Assembly (NCBI GenBank): GCA_002104905.1
Contig: MCFE01000395.1
Coordinates: forward strand, 18,027-82,026
Direction of reading: 5' to 3'
From: Basidiobolus meristosporus CBS 931.73
Taxonomy: Eukaryota > Fungi > Basidiobolomycota
DNA length: 64,000 nt
Shown in pieces: positions 60,514-64,000 of the stretch. Below the pieces are notes generated by a model. That model made no database searches. It was not told where the DNA came from and saw only the letters and a list, made by a program, of their open reading frames with translations. The position numbers and the translations under genes were made by a program. The first letter of the stretch is position 1. Each line of letters starts with the position of its first letter.

Positions 60514-63275
60514 ATGGTGGAGAGTGTCAGTATTGTATTTCAGCTGGCAATTATAGAGGGCTGCCAACTGCCAGCGAAAGATAGAAATGCCTCGTTGAAT
60601 CCCTTCGTAGTGGTACTTCTTAACAATAGGAAAGCCCAAACCTTTGTGGTGCGCGGTAGCTTGAATCCCTTTTGGGACCAGATGTTCAACTTCTCAGTAG
60701 AGCCGTCCGACTTCCCTCTATCCCTACAGTTGATCTGTTACGATAAGACTCGGATTGGCAAGAATTACATTGGCGAAGCTAACTTGTCCACTCATCACCT
60801 GGTGTTGGGGGAATTCCCAAAAACATGGGGACGAAGTGGAGTTGAGAATCTCCAGCTGGTTGACTACAAGAACAAGAAAAACCCTTGCCAGGAGCCAGGC
60901 TTTATCAAAGTTCGGTACGGGTTTGTCACTAGCGAAGATGACCTCTGCGATTTCGTCTCCTGGAGAGGAATCTGGGACGCTATTTCGGCACAAAACCTTC
61001 CCATTTACAGGGGTATGTATCAGTCGGCTAAATCCTCTTTGGCACACAGCCCAAGCTTGGATACTTCGGCCAAAGACTTCGACGACACGGAGAAAGAACT
61101 GACTGGTAAGTGTTCATCGTTTAACCACCAAAGCCTAACCCTGCTGAGCGGTATATCAATTCAGAGGCCACCACGGAGGATCTCATGTTCCACCAAGAGA
61201 TTGCCAATCCGCCTATTTCCGCGCTGTCTAGTGATGAACCGCTTGAAGCCGACACACAAAACCCGCTCTTAGGGGTGGTATTCATCGACATTGTTTCCTC
61301 GCGCGAACTGCCTTACGATCGAAATTTGACTCGCACATCGTTCGACATGGACCCGTTTGTAGTGATTACACACGGTAAAGAGACGTTCAAAACCCGCTTT
61401 ATACGCCACACACTTAATCCCACATGGAATGAGAGGCTCTACTTCCACGTTCGCCGCTCCTACCTGAACCACACGATCAAGTTCTCCGTGTACGACCACG
61501 ACAAGTTTAGTAACAACGATTTTGTTGGAAGTTGTGCCATGACGGTGCAGGATCTGCTGCACATTAAGGGTGGGATGCCAATGTCCGAGAAAACCATCCC
61601 TCTAGCTCTGGCCAAAGACAAGTGGAAAGGCGTTTTCGAGTCCAGCCTAACCATTCGCACTGGTTTCAAAGCAGTCGAGGACCTACGCCGGACATTTTGG
61701 AGCGAACTGGCCAAAAGATACGACCTCGATGAAAGCGACTCACTCAACCATTTTGAGGTTTTGGCCATGTTGGAGAGCTTGCAGGCAGTGGCCCCCGAGA
61801 AGTTGGCCCGGGAATTTTTCACCGAGTCCGGAAAATCCCCCAACACTGAGGAGCTATCGTTCCCTGAGCTTGCCACCTGCTTCGAGTCGTACGTTAGGGA
61901 AAACAACTGGGATTTGTTAAGAGGACCCAGCCTGGCCCAAGGACGCAACCTATTTCAAATTCCAACGTGTCCCATCTGCAACTCAACCAATCTGGAGGGA
62001 GTGGATATCATGACGCACATTGCCATCTGTTGTATGAGTGATCCAGAGGTGCAGGTCGATCGTTGGATGGTGAGCGACTTCGTTCCCGAAGCATACGCGC
62101 AACGAAAGTGGTTTACCCGGGCAGTCAATCGACTAGGCTACGGGCGCTACCGAATCGGACAAAACAATGCCAACATCATTGTCCAGGATAGAGCCACGGG
62201 CCAGCTGATCGAGGAGAAAATCCCCGCGTACATCCGGCTGGGCATTCGCCTTTTGTACAAAAACATTGCATCCAAATCGGCGGTGGATATCAGAGCAAGT
62301 AAGAGTTTGCGTCTCTGCGCCGGATGCGAGTGCGTACTAATCTCATCTCTCCTAGTTCGCCGCCTTCTTAAGACCTCCTCCTTGAAGCAAGGGAGAAAGT
62401 TTGACGACCCGGTCTCTGTTCGGGATATCCGGCCGTTCATCCAATTCCATCAGATCAACACTGACGAGATCCAGGATCCGTTAGAATCCTTCCAGAACTT
62501 CAACCAATTCTTCTACCGCAAGCTCAAGCCTGGAAGCCGGCCCCTCGCCTCCCCAGATGACCCCAGAGTGGTGGTGTCCCCCGCGGATTGTCGCTGTACA
62601 TGCTTCTCCACTATTGATAAAGCCACCCGGCTGTGGATCAAAGGAGAGGAGTTCTCGATTGCTCGCCTGCTAGGGAACCTCTCCGAAGAAAGCCAAGCCC
62701 TGGCCCAGATCTTCGAGAACGGGTCACTAGCCATTTTCAGGCTGGCCCCCCAGGATTATCATAGATTTCATTTCCCGGTAGATGGCCGAGTTCGGTCCCA
62801 TCAACACATCGATGGCCACTACTTCACAGTAAACCCAATGGCAGTTCGGAGCGGCCTGGACGTCTTCGGGGAAAACAAGAGGAGCGTATCCATCATCGAG
62901 AGTGAGCAGTTTGGCCTGGTTGGCTACGTTTCCATTGGCGCAATGATGGTAAGAGTGACATCCCTTCCTTCGAGACCTCGTTCTCAATCGACTTCAATCT
63001 AGGTTGGCTCCATCGAGTTGACTTGTGAAGCAGGGCAGCGGTATTCTCGGATGGATGAGTTCGGGTATTTCGCATTTGGTGGCTCCACCATAGTGCTGAT
63101 CTTCCAACAAGGGATGGTGAAATTCGATGCGGACTTGGAGGAAAACTCGCAGCATTTCCTTGAAACCCTGGTAAGTTTTTGTAGAGGAACGTGTGTCATT
63201 CACCACGCTCATTTGTTCTCTGCGTTACAGATTCGGGTGGGAAGCTCCATTGGGACAAGACCGGATGCTCTGTGA
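60514..63275 (+). CDS. PSD2: Phosphatidylserine decarboxylase proenzyme 2 (C2 domains, EF-hand-like segment, PSD domain), about 843 aa, 5 exons
   Basis: Exons 60514-61105, 61165-62298, 62356-62948, 63003-63170, 63231-63275 give 2532 nt in frame. FNQFFYRKLKPGSRP, SPADCR, RLAPQDYHRFHFP, VGAMMVGSI-like segment and GYFAFGGST autocleavage motif (63078-63089). Exact start codon uncertain. Confidence 0.96.
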
Positions 63276-63387
63276 GCGCTATCATACACATCATGTACAC
63301 ATACACCAAATATAACATCTATCAACGTTATCTAATATCTATAGATTCTATCAACATTTATTCATTAATTGCCAATAAATATACCCT

Positions 63388-64000
63388 TCAGAGCAGCCCC
63401 TCCATCTCTTTCATGAAATCCTCGTATTCGTCGTTTGTTGAGTTGGCCACCGAAGAGGTCTGCTTCTCTTTAGCTGGAGCCTTGATAGCAGCAGCCTTCC
63501 CGAATATCGAGGCAGTTAGATTGGATAGGTCTGTAGTTGGGCGTACAGATGTCGATGGAGTAGCACTGCTATCATCCAGATCTGGTGCAGCGTTAATTTT
63601 CGGTCGGGCAACTTTTAGGCACAGGTGGTGAGGTAACCCCGCCAGTGGCTTTTTTTCTTAGCACGGCAGCTGGAACTAATCTGGTGAGTTCCTTTTGCAG
63701 ATCGCGAAGCTGTGGTGCGGCCGAGATGACCGCCGATGCGGCGACTGGTTTTTTTACCCCATCACCGCTGGGATTCTCTTGCTTGGTCTGCTGGTGGGAT
63801 AAGGAGCAGCCCGGTGTTCAGTTCGCGATGGCGGTGGGGCGGGGGTGGCGCCGCAAACCGCCAGGGGGCATGAACGGAAAGCCTGGTGGCATCGGTGGAT
63901 AGTATTGGCCTTTGGGAATGTGGATTAGAACAGTGCATTGACGCTACTAGCACATGTGCGAAGGCATACCAGGAGGTGGTGGTGGAACAGATCCAGGTCT
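63388..64000 (-). CDS. WBP11: WW domain-binding protein 11 (NpwBP)-like splicing factor, 3' part; frame appears broken as sequenced
   Basis: Pro-rich segment, ISAAPQLRDLQKELTRLVPAAVLRKK and C-terminal DEYEDFMKEMEGLL* match WBP11 hallmarks from memory. Intron 63969-63910. The two conserved blocks are in different frames. Confidence 0.8.

Noticed and set aside
56713-63953. Many antisense or alternative-frame ORFs over DOM34, the coiled-coil gene, PSD2 and WBP11
   Set aside because: Shadow ORFs expected in GC-richer coding DNA; no recognisable motifs.
1-64000. UAG reassigned to Gln (many transposon TAGs fall at Gln positions and none of the four host genes ends in TAG)
   Set aside because: About 1,700 host codons in DOM34, PSD2 and the coiled-coil gene contain no in-frame TAG, and CAG-to-TAG is the expected C-to-T decay product. 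Four stop codons is too small a sample.

Overview
This is eukaryotic, almost certainly fungal, genomic DNA (short GT-AG introns, fungal-type Psd2 and Dom34; the lineage cannot be fixed from the sequence alone) in two sharply different domains. Bases 1-56525 are an almost CpG-free, decayed transposon nest that can be reconstructed from target-site duplications (TSDs). It holds two Ty1/copia families (LTR-A about 369 bp, LTR-C about 347 bp), both with the Ty5/copia-type half-tRNA(iMet) primer site GGTTATGAGCCC. It also holds one compact Ty3/gypsy family (LTR-B about 367 bp, 4-bp TSDs, no visible chromodomain), four solo LTRs with TSDs, two CACTA/En-Spm (Transposase_21-like) relics, a PIF/Harbinger-type DDE_Tnp_4 relic and a 731-bp foldback element sharing its terminus. 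Nesting reaches five levels. The most unusual element is D (32683-46813). It has copia-C-type LTRs, primer site and polypurine tract (PPT), but its 2.4-kb interior has no recognisable gag or pol and instead carries a decayed unrelated reading frame. Bases 56526-64000 are CpG-rich and gene-dense: DOM34/pelota (8 exons), a coiled-coil protein with a CC1-box-like motif and a hydrophobic C-terminal tail, PSD2 (5 exons) and the 3' part of a WBP11-like gene with apparent frame breaks. All alignments, identities and counts were done by eye; no database searches were run.
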